64,000 nucleotides of DNA from contig OZ024744.1 of NCBI GenBank assembly GCA_964016885.1, positions 65,720,001 to 65,784,000 on the forward strand, read 5' to 3'. Both the position numbers and the translations under genes were made by a program. The notes beneath the pieces are model-generated. The model ran no database searches and was not told the DNA's origin. It saw only the letters and a program-made list of their open reading frames with translations. Below, one piece after another: positions 36,855 to 49,523 of this stretch; the stretch's first letter is position 1, and the number at the start of each line of letters is the position of its first letter. Source of the DNA: Eledone cirrhosa. Taxonomy: Eukaryota.

Positions 36855-38203
36855 TTCTTGTTAGGCGTTGATTCAGGGCATGTTTCTGGAGTATGTATTA
36901 GGAGATTCTTTAACAGCCACATATAGAAGCTTCTATCAAGAACTATATACTTATAGATATATAAAGTGTCTTAAAGTCAACTTGACAACTAGTAAATAAA
37001 AAGGGAAAACAGGGCCCTGATCCATTTAGGGCAATGGCCTTGCTCACTGTGCAGGAAAGGCATAGGTAAAAATTCCATACTCTGTCCCAAATACATACTA
37101 TGGGTACGCAAGAAATGTAGTGGGATCTCAGGTTGGTTAGCTTAGAACATAAATGTTTGCACAGGAACAGTAAGCAGCAAACACCTACAGGAAACAAGCT
37201 CTATCAAATTCTTGGAGGGTTCTATAGAAGCAGTTGACAGTTTCTGATACCTGAGTGACTAAATTATCAGTGGAGGTGGGTGTTCCAAAAGTACAGTAGC
37301 CAGAGTGAGAACAGGATGGAAGAACTTCAGGGAGCTACTACTGTTGGTAGCTACAAGAGATTTTTCCTTAAAAACATAGGGCAGATTTTATGATGCATCT
37401 ACACGAACAGCAATGTGACATGTTAGCAAGGCCTAGGCACTGTGTAGAGGACCTGTGAAGACTGGAAAGAAATAAAGCTTGCATGCTTCGATGGATGTGT
37501 ACAGGAACAGCAAAGCATAAATGGACTGAGAGAGAAACTAAGCATAAGAGGGATCAGATGCAGTGTGCAGAGAGGAGATTGCATTGGTATGAACATGTGA
37601 TGCATATGAAGGATAAGTGTATAAAAAGGTGCAGAGCGCTCAAAGTTGATGGAAGCCATGGAGTAGGAAGACCTAGGAGGACACTTGGGATGAGTTGATA
37701 AAAGCCGACTTTGCCCAATTGCACTTCTCAAAAGCGATGACACAAGACAGATCTCTGGCGTTATGCAATAATACAGAAGACCCACCTTCCCCTGTGCATA
37801 GGTTGAAGCATATATTTAGTATGCACTTTCACATCCCACGTCCTCACATCCCACCCATGTCCCTAGAGCTACCTCCCCCACCTAAGTCCCCAGCCCTTAC
37901 AGTAAAGTGTTTGTTTTGGTGCCATGACAAAAAGCACCCTGCCCACACTATAATGGTTGTGCAGGTGTCATGACAAAGCACCCAGCTTACACTGTAAAGT
38001 AGTCATGTTGGTGACATGACAAAAAGCACCCAGTACTTACTATAAATGTGGTTGGCGTTAAGAAGGACATCTTGCTGTAGAAACCAAGCCAGACACAATT
38101 CTGTGTGAGCAAGACACTGTCACTTGATCTGACATGTTTCACAGCAGGACAACTAGCCTAACCCATGCTAGCATGGAAAAATGGACGTTGAACGGTGATG
38201 ACG
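36855..38203 (+). mobile_element. Degenerate PHD-RTE 3' portion
   Basis: KQGPDPFRAM/WPC...WVRKKCSGI remnants, RRLHWYEHV and GRPRRT, UTR and tail. Confidence 0.8.
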
Positions 38204-38252
38204 ATACAAGTGCTGGAATCCTTTTTTGTGATATGTTTGCTCATCCATGGTT

Positions 38253-38289
<37 letters not shown>

Positions 38290-38522
38290 GTCTAACATGC
38301 ATGTAAATGAGTTCATAGCCCTCCAAATACACATTTCTACACACACACAGTTCACACTAACATGTTTGGTATTAGGAAGGGCATCCAGCTGTAGAAACTA
38401 ACCTGAAATACAGATCCGTATAAGCAAAACTTGGTCACCTGACCTGAATTCTCAAAATGTGTCAACCTGTCTAACCTGTGCAAACATGGAAAATGGACGT
38501 TAAATGATGGTGATATATATAT

Positions 38523-39440
38523 ATCATCGTCATCATTGTTAAACATCCTGTTTTCACGCTTTCATGGGTTAGACATGTCATGTTATGTGATAAGTCAGGT
38601 CCAGAGATCACATCTTGTTCATAAGTATCTGTATGGTTTCTATAGCTGGATGCACAGTATAGACTAGGTGCTTTTTATCGTGGCACTGACCGACCACCTT
38701 AGTTTTGACTGGGTGTTTTTTGTCGTGTTACCCATTCCATACTATTAGGTGGTCATGCTGGTATTTTTTCTCATGTTACCATCGCAATCACCTTACAGGA
38801 TGGACTGGGAGCTTTTGTTGTTGTGATGACAGATCAGCATGCAGGATAGTTTTTGTGCTTTTTTGTCACGGCTCAGCATTGTGGGAGGTCAGATGTTGAG
38901 TGTGTCTAGCTTTCATGGTTTGAGCAGGTGTGATATATCAGGGATGGGGGAGTGGGGGAAGGTAAGTGGGTTCGACATTGATTAGGTGCATAGGAAATTT
39001 AGGTGTGATCAGGGTATTAAGGTAGTGGTGGTGGTGTGTGCAAAGGATTACTGCAGACTAGTGTATGTCCTGCATGTTTGTTTCATTTCATTTTGTGCAC
39101 ATGGGGGAGGGTGGGTCTCCTGCAGTACAGCATGGTGTCAGAAGTCTCGATCCTATCGCATCTCTTTTGTGAGGTTTAATTGGGCAAGGTTAGCTTTTAT
39201 CACTTCATCCCAAGTTTTCCTAGGAATTCCTTTTCCATAGTTAACATCAATTTTGAGTGCCCTGCACCTTTTTATATACCTGTCATCCTCTGTACACATC
39301 ACATGTACACATCATATGTACAAACCCCTGCAATCTTCTCTCCTGTACTCAGCATCTGACCCCTCTTATGCCTAGTTTCTCTCTAAGTTCAATGATATTT
39401 GTCATTCATACATATTACTATTATACATCCATCGAAGCAT
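38523..39440 (-). mobile_element. Degenerate RTE 3' portion
   Basis: Reverse-complement similarity to 37480-38200. Confidence 0.65.
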
Positions 39441-39486
39441 GTGGACTTCATTTCTTTTCAATATATATATATATATATATATATAT

Positions 39487-39661
39487 TATTCAGAATATTA
39501 ATAAATGAAGACATTCACATAATCAAAATATATGTTTTATGATATATATTTCGAAGGTACTGTGCTGTTTTTTCAGTACGTCCTCGTCAGATAAAATACA
39601 TGAATTGATGTAAGACATACCTCAACGGTCTTGCTGGTTCAATTCCAGTAATCTTTGGTTT
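39487..39661 (-). mobile_element. (TA)n-flanked cassette carrying the hammerhead, probably a Penelope-like pLTR remnant
   Basis: About 175 bp of unique sequence between two (TA)n tracts, containing the ribozyme core. Confidence 0.5.
39535..39596 (-). ncRNA. Minimal type I hammerhead ribozyme (Penelope-like element / retrozyme type)
   Basis: Minus strand reads ttttat-CTGACGA-gga c gtactg(loop)cagtac c ttc-GAAA-tatata-TC-ataaaa. This gives a complete core, 6-bp stem I, a long stem II, a palindromic mini stem III and an AUC cleavage triplet. Confidence 0.8.
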
Positions 39662-40475
39662 TATATATATATATATAAATTTATACACGCATGCACACAT
39701 ACAGAGGAGAAAGATTATAGAGAGATTTAAGGAAATTGTTTTTTACCTTCTTCTAAACATCCTCCTTAACTGTTTGCGTTTTTTTGTCCCACTTTCTTTC
39801 CATTAGAACCTTCAGTCTTTCTTTATCTCTTTTCTTAAATTCTTCATGTTTTACTCCATGGGGACATTTGATTCAGGATGTCTTGTTTATGGATCTCTGT
39901 GACAAATTTTGAGGAAATTTGCTGAAAAATGCTGATGTTATTTCAAGATGCACAATTTTCCGCGTATTACATAATTAATATATTTGGTTAATGGTAAAGA
40001 TGCGTGGTTAAGAAATTCATTTTGCAACCATGCTGCCCCAAGTTTTATCCTCCGTTAAGGCACCTTATGCAAATATCTTCACTATGTCGACCAATGATAT
40101 GCTACTGAAATTATATTTCATGTTACAGTTCTTTATGTTGATTATACCTTTTTATCTTACAAGATCATAAAAAAAATAACAGTTGATAGTTATTGGGATA
40201 AATCAAATCATTTAAATGTTTTGAAATCAGTAAAAAAAAAAGATATGAATACATGCATATTGTGATATTTAATGTCTATATAATGTTATGATATTGTACA
40301 CACACACACATCACATACACAAACACACCTACAAACACATATTGTGAATATTTAGTTTCTATATAATTTAAAATTATGATGATAATAATAATAATAATAA
40401 CAACAATAATAACAATAATAATAACAATAATAATAATAATAATGTTGATTGCATGTTTTGACTGTTCAGTTCCAG

Positions 40476-40585
40476 GCATTAAGTCGTGAGGCAGTGGCCG
40501 CCATGGTGATAAACAGAGAAGACGGAATTGGAGCAGTAACTGTTATCATGGACACTGTTGATATGAGTTCAGATGCATCATGGAG
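40476..40585 (+). CDS. Probable downstream coding exon of the same host gene
   Basis: Acceptor ttttgactgttcagttccag| (in-frame alternative AG gives start 40470) and donor GAG|gtgaga. Phase-0 open frame ALSREAVAAMVINREDGIGAVTVIMDTVDMSSDASW, compatible with the phase-0 end of the 6047-6189 exon. Confidence 0.6.
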
Positions 40586-40792
40586 GTGAGAATTTTATAT
40601 GACTTTGATAGGTTTCGGCCAGTATTGGCCCAGGCCATGTTTAACTTAATAGCACCACCTGGCAGAATATATACTAGGATATTTTTCCATACGCTGACAT
40701 AAACACAATTCACATAAACACAAACATACACACACACATTCACACAAACACACACACATGCATTCACACAAACACACACATACATTCACACA

Positions 40793-40841
<49 letters not shown>

Positions 40842-41003
40842 TCACATATACACACACACACACTCAAACACAGCATAGTTTTTTCACCATCCCCTTCCTT
40901 CCTTTTTACACACACATACATTCATGCAGGCAGCAGACGTAAAGAGAGGAGTAGTATGAGGTTGAACTACTCCCTTCTCTCTATAACAGAAGTACCACTT
41001 CTG

Positions 41004-41037
<34 letters not shown>

Positions 41038-41041
<4 letters not shown>

Positions 41042-41148
41042 TAAAAGAGAAAACACAGGTAAGCATTAAGAGAAGGATTTTATCCAGGTTGTAAATACTT
41101 GGATAAAATCCTTCTCTTAATGCTTACCTGTGTTTTCTCTTTTATACT
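41038..41148. repeat. Perfect 49-bp inverted repeat within a (TA)n-flanked insert
   Basis: 41038-41086 is the exact reverse complement of 41100-41148. Confidence 0.95.
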
Positions 41149-41275
41149 TTATACTCCAAGATTGAACGGAATTCTTACAAACTTGTGGAGTTACCCCTAA
41201 CCGTACGTTGAAACCATCCATAAAACTGGCTTTCTTAACCAAGAACTGGATCACAATAAGCAACTTTTTGCTTCT

Positions 41276-41315
<40 letters not shown>

Positions 41316-43159
41316 GATTTATTTCAGATAGAAATGGCTTTCACAGGGCTATAACTATTTCACAACGATGCATGCATTGAGGAATTGATGCATACATTGA
41401 GTATTCCAATTTAAATTTCTCAGCCTGACTAAGTTGTGATGTTGTAACAATTTATTTGGTGCATTAATAGCCTACCGAATAACTTTTAGAAGAATAGTAA
41501 GGCTACTAATTTAAATAAAATATGTTTTGTTTAATTCTTAACAACCTGTATCACATGAAACCACATTAGCAAGACACTCCTGAAAAGTACAAACCAGCAT
41601 TATGATTGCATCACATTAAAAATAAGTCTACTGTGGTGCAGCAAATTTTGACAATTATCTGTCCACCAGAAAAGATACTGTAAGTATATGAATTAACAAA
41701 TCAATATAACTCTATTTAACTCTTAACATCATCATCATCTTTTTAGATAGATGTTAAATGATGATGATGATGATGTTAAGAGTTAAATAGAATTATATTG
41801 AAAAAAAAACTTAAAGTCAAGACTTACAAGCAAAATATATGACAAAGGTATTTTTAAATAAAGTTACTAAACCTGAAGGTGCACAATTGAAATGTGTGCA
41901 TGACATTTACTTTACCATATCATAATATAAGGTTTCATAGTATTGGACTGAAGCATAACAGAACCAACAGTCTATAAATTTAACACAATGCAAAGATACA
42001 ACAATTATTTTTGGTAAGAATGGGATCTATAAGCATGGAAAGCCGGACATGCTCCATGTTTGATATCCCATGTTGCTGCTGCCATGACAAAGAAGTTCTA
42101 AGTCCAGCCTATATGATGCCATGACAAAAAAGCACCCAGTTCATTCGGTGAGGTGGTCATGTTGGGGACACAAGAAAAAAATATAGTCCATCCTGTAACT
42201 TGGTCATGCTGGTGTCAACAAAAACCACCCAGTGCACCCTGTAAGGTGGTTGTGTTCATAACACAACAAAAAATCACCCAGTCCACTCTGTTATATAGTT
42301 GGTGTTATGAAGGGCATCCAGTTTGGGATAAAAAAAGATACATACTGGCAGCACAAGACCAAAGCTTGCTTACCAGAAATTATGAAGCCCAAGATTGAAA
42401 ATGTTAACTTTGGCGGGATTTGAACACAGAATGGCAAGGGCTGTAACTCTATATGCCACAGCATGGTGTCCGACCCTGCCGTTACTGCCAATCCACTTTA
42501 TGTCTTCTATGTCTTACTAAGAAATGGCTATTCAGCTCTAAAAGTCTAAATAAAAAAATATAGTTTGAATAAAATGTCTAAATTTGTCAGTTATTGCAGG
42601 CTGTTTCAAGAATTTTTGATAAAAGAATTTTATATTACCTGTTGGATACGTAATGTTACATGAAATAAATATTTTGTTTGAAGATACTTATTCAAAAATA
42701 TTAATTGATTTTTATCATTTATTTCTGATATGAGTTTCCTCCCTTGCTTCATTCTTCCCATTCAGCAAAATCAGTATATTTTACATCTCACTAATTTTAC
42801 ATTTATATTTTTATATTATATTTTTTCTGCTATTTTATTTCTATTAGAAAACACTATTTTGTCTAGAGGCTACCACAATGTCAATTGGATGGTAAATATT
42901 AAAAATATGATAACAATGATGTTGGAATATTACTTTGTAGTTCTTTATAGGTCCTCATATTTTGAGATAAAATCCCTCTATTAATAGATTAATAGAAGAA
43001 ACTAATTGAGAGCTGTATATTTTTTATGGCTCTTAAGCTGCCTTTTTTTTAAATTTGAAAGTGGTGGTTGTATTTTAATTATCATTCAAATATCAGAAAT
43101 TTAAAGTAATTATTAATGAAAATTCATCTTCCAATAAATTATAATGTGATGAGCTTCTG

Positions 43160-43870
43160 AGTGAGTCACTTGGTCAGTGTCCAAGTCTCAGACCTGTACA
43201 GCAGCACAGACTCCACAGTTGCAATGAAGAGATGGATCTTCAGGTCTTTACAAACGTCCGACTTCCACACCGACCTCAAACTGTGTCACGCCGCCCAGGC
43301 TTTGCTCTTCCTCTCCACCACATCATTTTCTGTGTTCCCAATCTTTGCTCCCAGATACAGGAAGTCCTCAACCAGCCGTAGCGCTTCCTGCCTACATTCA
43401 TAATCTTCTTTGGCTCCTTGATGTCCTCTATCAGATATTTCGTCTTACACACATTCATTTTCAGCCCCACACTCATCGACACAGTCTCTTGCATCAACTC
43501 CTCTGCCTCCTTCACTGTGTTTGTCACCAGAGCTATATCATCAGCAAATTCAGCATCTGATATCTTTTTAGCCTTAACTCTCCTGTTCTGAGCCAGTGCT
43601 ACAGTAAAGCCAGAGTCTTGGTGTTTCTTCAGCGTAAGGCATAAACAACAGTCAACTGCGAAGGTAGGGAGTTAATGTATTGCCCTGGAGCACTCCAGCC
43701 AGTATCTGAAAGAACTCCGTCATCTTGTCAGATGTAATGACTTGGGCTCTGGGTTGGTGTAGAGCAGTGATATCAGGTCCACTATCTTCTTGGGGATTCC
43801 ATAATCCTGTAAGATCTTCATCAGGCATTCTCAGTCCACAGAATCAAAGGCCTTCCTGAAGTCAATGAAA
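43160..43870 (-). mobile_element. Older LINE RT fragment (RTE-like, a different family)
   Basis: FIDFRKAFDSV, GVLQG, EFADDIAL and GLKMNVCKTKY motifs. Confidence 0.75.
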
Positions 43871-43884
43871 AAATATATGTATAG

Positions 43885-46800
43885 ATCATCATCATCATCA
43901 TCGTTTAACGTCCATCTTCCACGCTAGCATGAGTCTGGACGGGAATTGTCCCACTTGAGGCAAGATTGGTTGTCTTGCTCAGGACTGTCTGGCGAGTTTT
44001 CTACGGCTGGATGCCCTTCCTAACACCAACCACGTTTACAGTGTGGACTGGGAGGTTTTTACCGTGTTACCTACACGACCACATTACAGCATGGACTGTG
44101 TGTTTTTTTGTCGTGACACCTACATGACCTCATTTATTTAGGAATGGATGTTGTGGTACCAACATAGCTTTACATCGAAAGGGGTGGTGTAGATGGGGGT
44201 AGTGGGACGGGGGTGTATTTTGGTTAAGAGGTGCCTACTGACTGTAGGTTTTGCTTTGTACTTGGGCAAGGCGGGTCTTCTGTATTACTGCGTAGCGCCA
44301 AATATCTCGGTCCAGTCACATTGTCTTGGAGAGGTGTAAGTGTGTGAGGTCGGAATTTATCAAGTCGTCCCAGGTTTTTCTGGGTCTGCCTACTCCGTAG
44401 CTACCGTCTATATTGATCGCCCTGCACTTTGTTTATACAGCTGTCGTTTTTCATGCGCATCACGTGACCATACCAATGTATTCTTCTCTCGAGTAAACAG
44501 CAGCTGATCCCTCTTATTCCTAATTTCTCACTTAGTTCATTTATGCTTTGCCATTCGCGTAGATTATTATTACATATCCAACAGAGCATGCAAGCTTCTT
44601 TCCTCTTCAGTCTGCGTAGATCCTCTGCACACAAGGCCCATGTCTCACTGCCATGTAACATCACTGTTCGTATGCAGGCATCATACAGCCTGCCTTTTAT
44701 TTTTAGAGAGAAACATTTAGCGGCCAATAGTGGTATAAGCTCTCTGTACTTTTTCCATCCCGTTCGGACTCTAGCTACAGTACTTTCGGAGCACCCCCTC
44801 CACCACTGCTGATTTTGTCGCCCAGGTAACGGAAGGTGTCCACTATTTCTATAGAACCATCTGGGCAATGGAATGAGCTAGTATTCTGTGGGCATTTGCT
44901 GCTACTTATTGCACCAGAGCACTGGCCACATATAAAATCTATATTCTTAGTTAGCTTACCTGTGATCCCACTACATCTTTTATGCACCCATAATTTGCAT
45001 TTGGGACATAAAATGGAGTTTCTACCTACTCCTTTCCTACACGCCGAGCATGGCCATTTCCCAGATGGGACCAGTGCCCTATTCTCCTTCCTACATATTA
45101 GGACTTTAGTCTTAGACAAGTTAACTTTAAGGCCTTTTGATTCTAGGCCATGCTTCCATGTTTGGAATTTCTTCTCTAGTTCATTGATTCAGCTATGAGC
45201 ATTAGATCATCTGCGTATAGAAGTTCCCATGGGCAGCCGGTCTTGAACTCCTCCGTTATAGCTTGGAGGGCGATAATAAATAGGAGGGGGCTAAGGACGA
45301 AGTCCTGATGAACACCAACTTTTACGCTAAACTCTTCACTATATTCGTTGTAAATTCTAATCTTGCTGACTGTTTCTTTATACATGGCTTGTATAGCTCT
45401 CACAAGCCATTCATCTACACCTAGTTTTCTAAGAGCCCACCAGATAATGGAGCGGAGGACTCTATCAAAGGCTTTCTCCAAGTCGACAAAAGCTAAGTAG
45501 AGGCGTTTACTTTTAGCTAGGTACTTCTCCTGTAGTTGTCATACAATGAAAAGAGTGTCTGTGGTACTTTTACCTGACACAAACCCGAACTGCATTTTAT
45601 CTAGATCAATTCACTCTCTGATTAGATGCGCTATTACTTTTTCTGTGACCTTCATGACCTGGTCAATTAATTTAATGCCTTTATAGTTTCCCCTATCTAG
45701 GGCATCTCCTTTACCCTTGTAGCAGTTAATGATGATGCTGCTATGCCAGTCCTTTGGTACGACCCCATTCTGTATAACTTGGTTTACTATCCGGGTGACT
45801 ATAGTGTGTCTCACCGTTCCAGATGCTTTCAGCATTTCAGCAACTATTTCTGAAGGCCCAGCTGCCTTGCCCGTCTTCATATCTTTGATTGCCTTACTTA
45901 TTATACTACCTTCAACTTGCACTGCTGGTCCCTCTATTGGATCGATGTGGGGGAGACTGTCTTTCTCCCATTTATTCTCCTCATTTAGTAGCCTTTCGTA
46001 GTGGCACTTCCAAGCTACCTTCTTATCAACGTCAGTGATGGCAAGTACACCAGCATCATTACGGACACAATTCTCCCCGACAATATCACGGTTCTCCTTG
46101 ACACATTGTCTAGCAATCCTGAACACCTCATATTTTTGGTCCTCGTGTTGTAGAACATGCTTGAACTTTCTTTCCTCTGCTTCCCTTCTTGCGAAGTACA
46201 CTTGTCTCCTAGCTTCCCTCCTGGCCACTTGATAGTCTTCTCTACTGCCCCCATCCCTCCATACTTTCCAAGCCTGCTTTTTGGCCTTGATCGACTCCTC
46301 CACCTTACTGTTCTGCCACAGATTTCATCTGTCGCCTTCAGCAGGTTAGCTTTCAGGAATTCCCACTGTTCCTCTATATTGTACGACTCTAATTGCTCTT
46401 CCTTACTGTCAAAAGCATCAAGTAATATGCTTTTAAATTTATTACTGGTTGTGGGGTCCTTTATCTTCCATATTTTTCTCCTAAGGATAGTCCTCCTCTG
46501 TTGTCGAGTACGTCTCGTCCTGACTATGAGGTCGCTAACTATGAGGCTATGTTGGGAGGTGCATTCTTCATGGGGGAGGGATTTAGTGTTTACAACAGAC
46601 ACTCTGTCTCGTCTTCTAGTAAGGATATAATCTACCTGGCTGGCATGTTCCCCTGATCTATATGTGATCAAGTGATTGTCACGTTTTTTGAAGTTAGTGT
46701 TACAGATAGTTAGGTTATTTGCGTCACAGAATTCCAGGATTCTGGAGCCTTCCTCATTTCTAGTACCAAACCCATAGCCTCCATGGATTCTGTCATAGCC

Positions 46801-47420
46801 GTCACAGTGTTGTCCAACGTGACCATTTAGGTCGCCAGCAATAATTATATAGTCACTGTCGGTTATTTGGGAGGTAATGAGCATTAACGACTCATAGAAT
46901 CTGTCTTTTATAGCGCCAGGCAGTCTGGGTTGGGGTGCATACGCAGATATTATTGTCACAGTAGTTCTATTGAGGACAAGTCTTATTTTAATTATTCTGT
47001 CGTTCACTCTATTTACGTCTATTATCTTATCTACCCATTTTTCTGCTAGCATGATTCCTACATATAGCATCGTTTTTTACCCACAATGAATCTAGCAGAC
47101 CCACCCCTCCACCTCGTCTCTTGAATACAGCAAACATCAACCTCCTTACATTCAATCATCTCTACAACCTCGTTAGGCGACCTTTTAAGATACCTACATT
47201 CATGGTACCAACTCTGAAGTTTTGGATTGTGTTTGGTGGGTGGGAAGGACAGGGCGCAGGGAGATGGGGCTATGTTAGCCGTCTGCGGCCTAAATAAAGA
47301 GGAGGAGTCCTTGCATTCTCGTCCGGCAGCATGAGGTGAATTTGTCTTAATCTTTGGCATTGTCACTGAGTGTCCAGATTTTTTCAGACTCTCCAGAATT
47401 CCGTAGTCCATCTGGGGTAG
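43885..47420 (-). mobile_element. Near full-length RTE-clade LINE (APE-RT) with a PHD finger, frameshifted
   Basis: Endonuclease motifs GTMNV, IQETRW, SAYAP, GDLNGHVG, QVDYIL. RT motifs DLEKAFD, GVHQ..LSP, LLYADD, FRYLG. C-terminal W.GHV.RM, 3' UTR and (GAT)n tail. Confidence 0.95.
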
Positions 47421-47597
47421 TTAATAATATCTGATCTGTTATGCCTGCATTTTATTGGGGTTTTACTGGAACATTCCACCAGAACTCCTTCATATTATGT
47501 ACATGGATGTCTTCCACATTGCTGTAGCTTTTAATATGTTTATTATTGGGGCTATATTTTCTACGAACTGCATTGTACAGGGTTTTGGCCACTACAT

Positions 47598-48028
47598 CAT
47601 GTATGTATGTATGTATGTATTGTATGTATGTATTGTATATATGTATTGTATATATGTATATATGTATTGTATATATGTATATATGTATTGTATTGTATAT
47701 ATATATATGTATGTATTGTATATATATATATATGTATGTATCCGCCAGACGTGTAGGTGTCACGACAAAAAAACACACAGTCCACGCTGTAATGTGGCCG
47801 TGTAGGTAACACGGTAAAAACCTCCCAGTCCACACTGTAAACGTGGTTGGTGTTAGGAAGGGCATCCAGCGGTAGAAAACCTGCCAGACAGTCCTATACG
47901 AGCAAGACAACCAATCTTGCCTCAGGTGGGAAAACTCCCGTCCAAACACATGCAAGCGTGGAAGATGGACGTTAAACGATGATGATGATGATGTATTGTA
48001 TATATATAAATATGTATGTATTGTATTG

Positions 48029-48061
<33 letters not shown>

Positions 48062-49204
48062 TGTGTATATATATGTATATGTATGTATTGTGTATATATA
48101 TGTATGTATTGTGTATATATATATATATGTATGTATTGTGTATATATTTATATAGTATGTATTGTGTATATATATATATATATGTTATTTTTATATATAT
48201 ATAGTATGTATTGTGTATATATATTATATATATGTATTGTGTATATATATATATATATGTATTGTGTTATATATATATATATGTATGTATTGTGTATATA
48301 TATATATATATGTATTGTGTATATATACATATATATGTATTGTGTATATATATCATATATATGTATTGTGTATATATATATATAATATGTATTGTGTATA
48401 TATACATATATATGTAATTGTGTATATATACATATATATGTATTGTGTATATATATATATATATGTATTGTGTATATATACATATATATGTATTGTGTAT
48501 ATATATATATATATGTATTGTGTATATATACATATATATGTATTGTGTATATATACATATATATGTATTGTGTATATATATATATATATGTATTGTGTAT
48601 ATATACATATATATGTATTGTGTATATATATATATGTATTGTGTATATATATATGTATTGTGTATATATATATATGTATTGTGTATATATATATATTATA
48701 TGTATTGTTATATATATATATATGTTATTGTGATATATATACATATATATGTATTGTGTATATATACATATATATGTATTGTGTATATATATATATATGT
48801 ATTGTGTATATATATATATATATGTATTGTGTATATATATATATATGTATTGTGTATATATATATATGTATTGTGTATATATATATATAGTATTGTGTAT
48901 ATATATATATTATTGTGTATATATATATGTATTGTATATATATTTATTATGTATATATATATATATTATGTATTGTGATATATATATATATATGTATTGA
49001 GTATATATATATATATATGTATGTATGTGTATATATATATATATGTATTGTGTATATATATATGTATATATATATATGTATGTATTATATATATATATAT
49101 GTATGTATTGTAGTATATATATATATGTATTGTAGTATAATATATATATATATATATATGTATTATATATATATATGTATGTATTATATATATATATATG
49201 TATG

Positions 49205-49238
<34 letters not shown>

Positions 49239-49488
49239 ATATATATATATATATATATATGTATTGTATATATATATATATTACAGTATAGTATATATAT
49301 ATATATACAGTATTCAGATATATATATATATAGTATGTATTGTATACATATATATATGTATGTATTGTATATATATATATATGTATGTATTGTATATATA
49401 TATATATGTATGTATTATATATATACTATATATATGTATATATATATAAATATATACAATACATATATATATATGTATACAATACATA

Positions 49489-49523
<35 letters not shown>

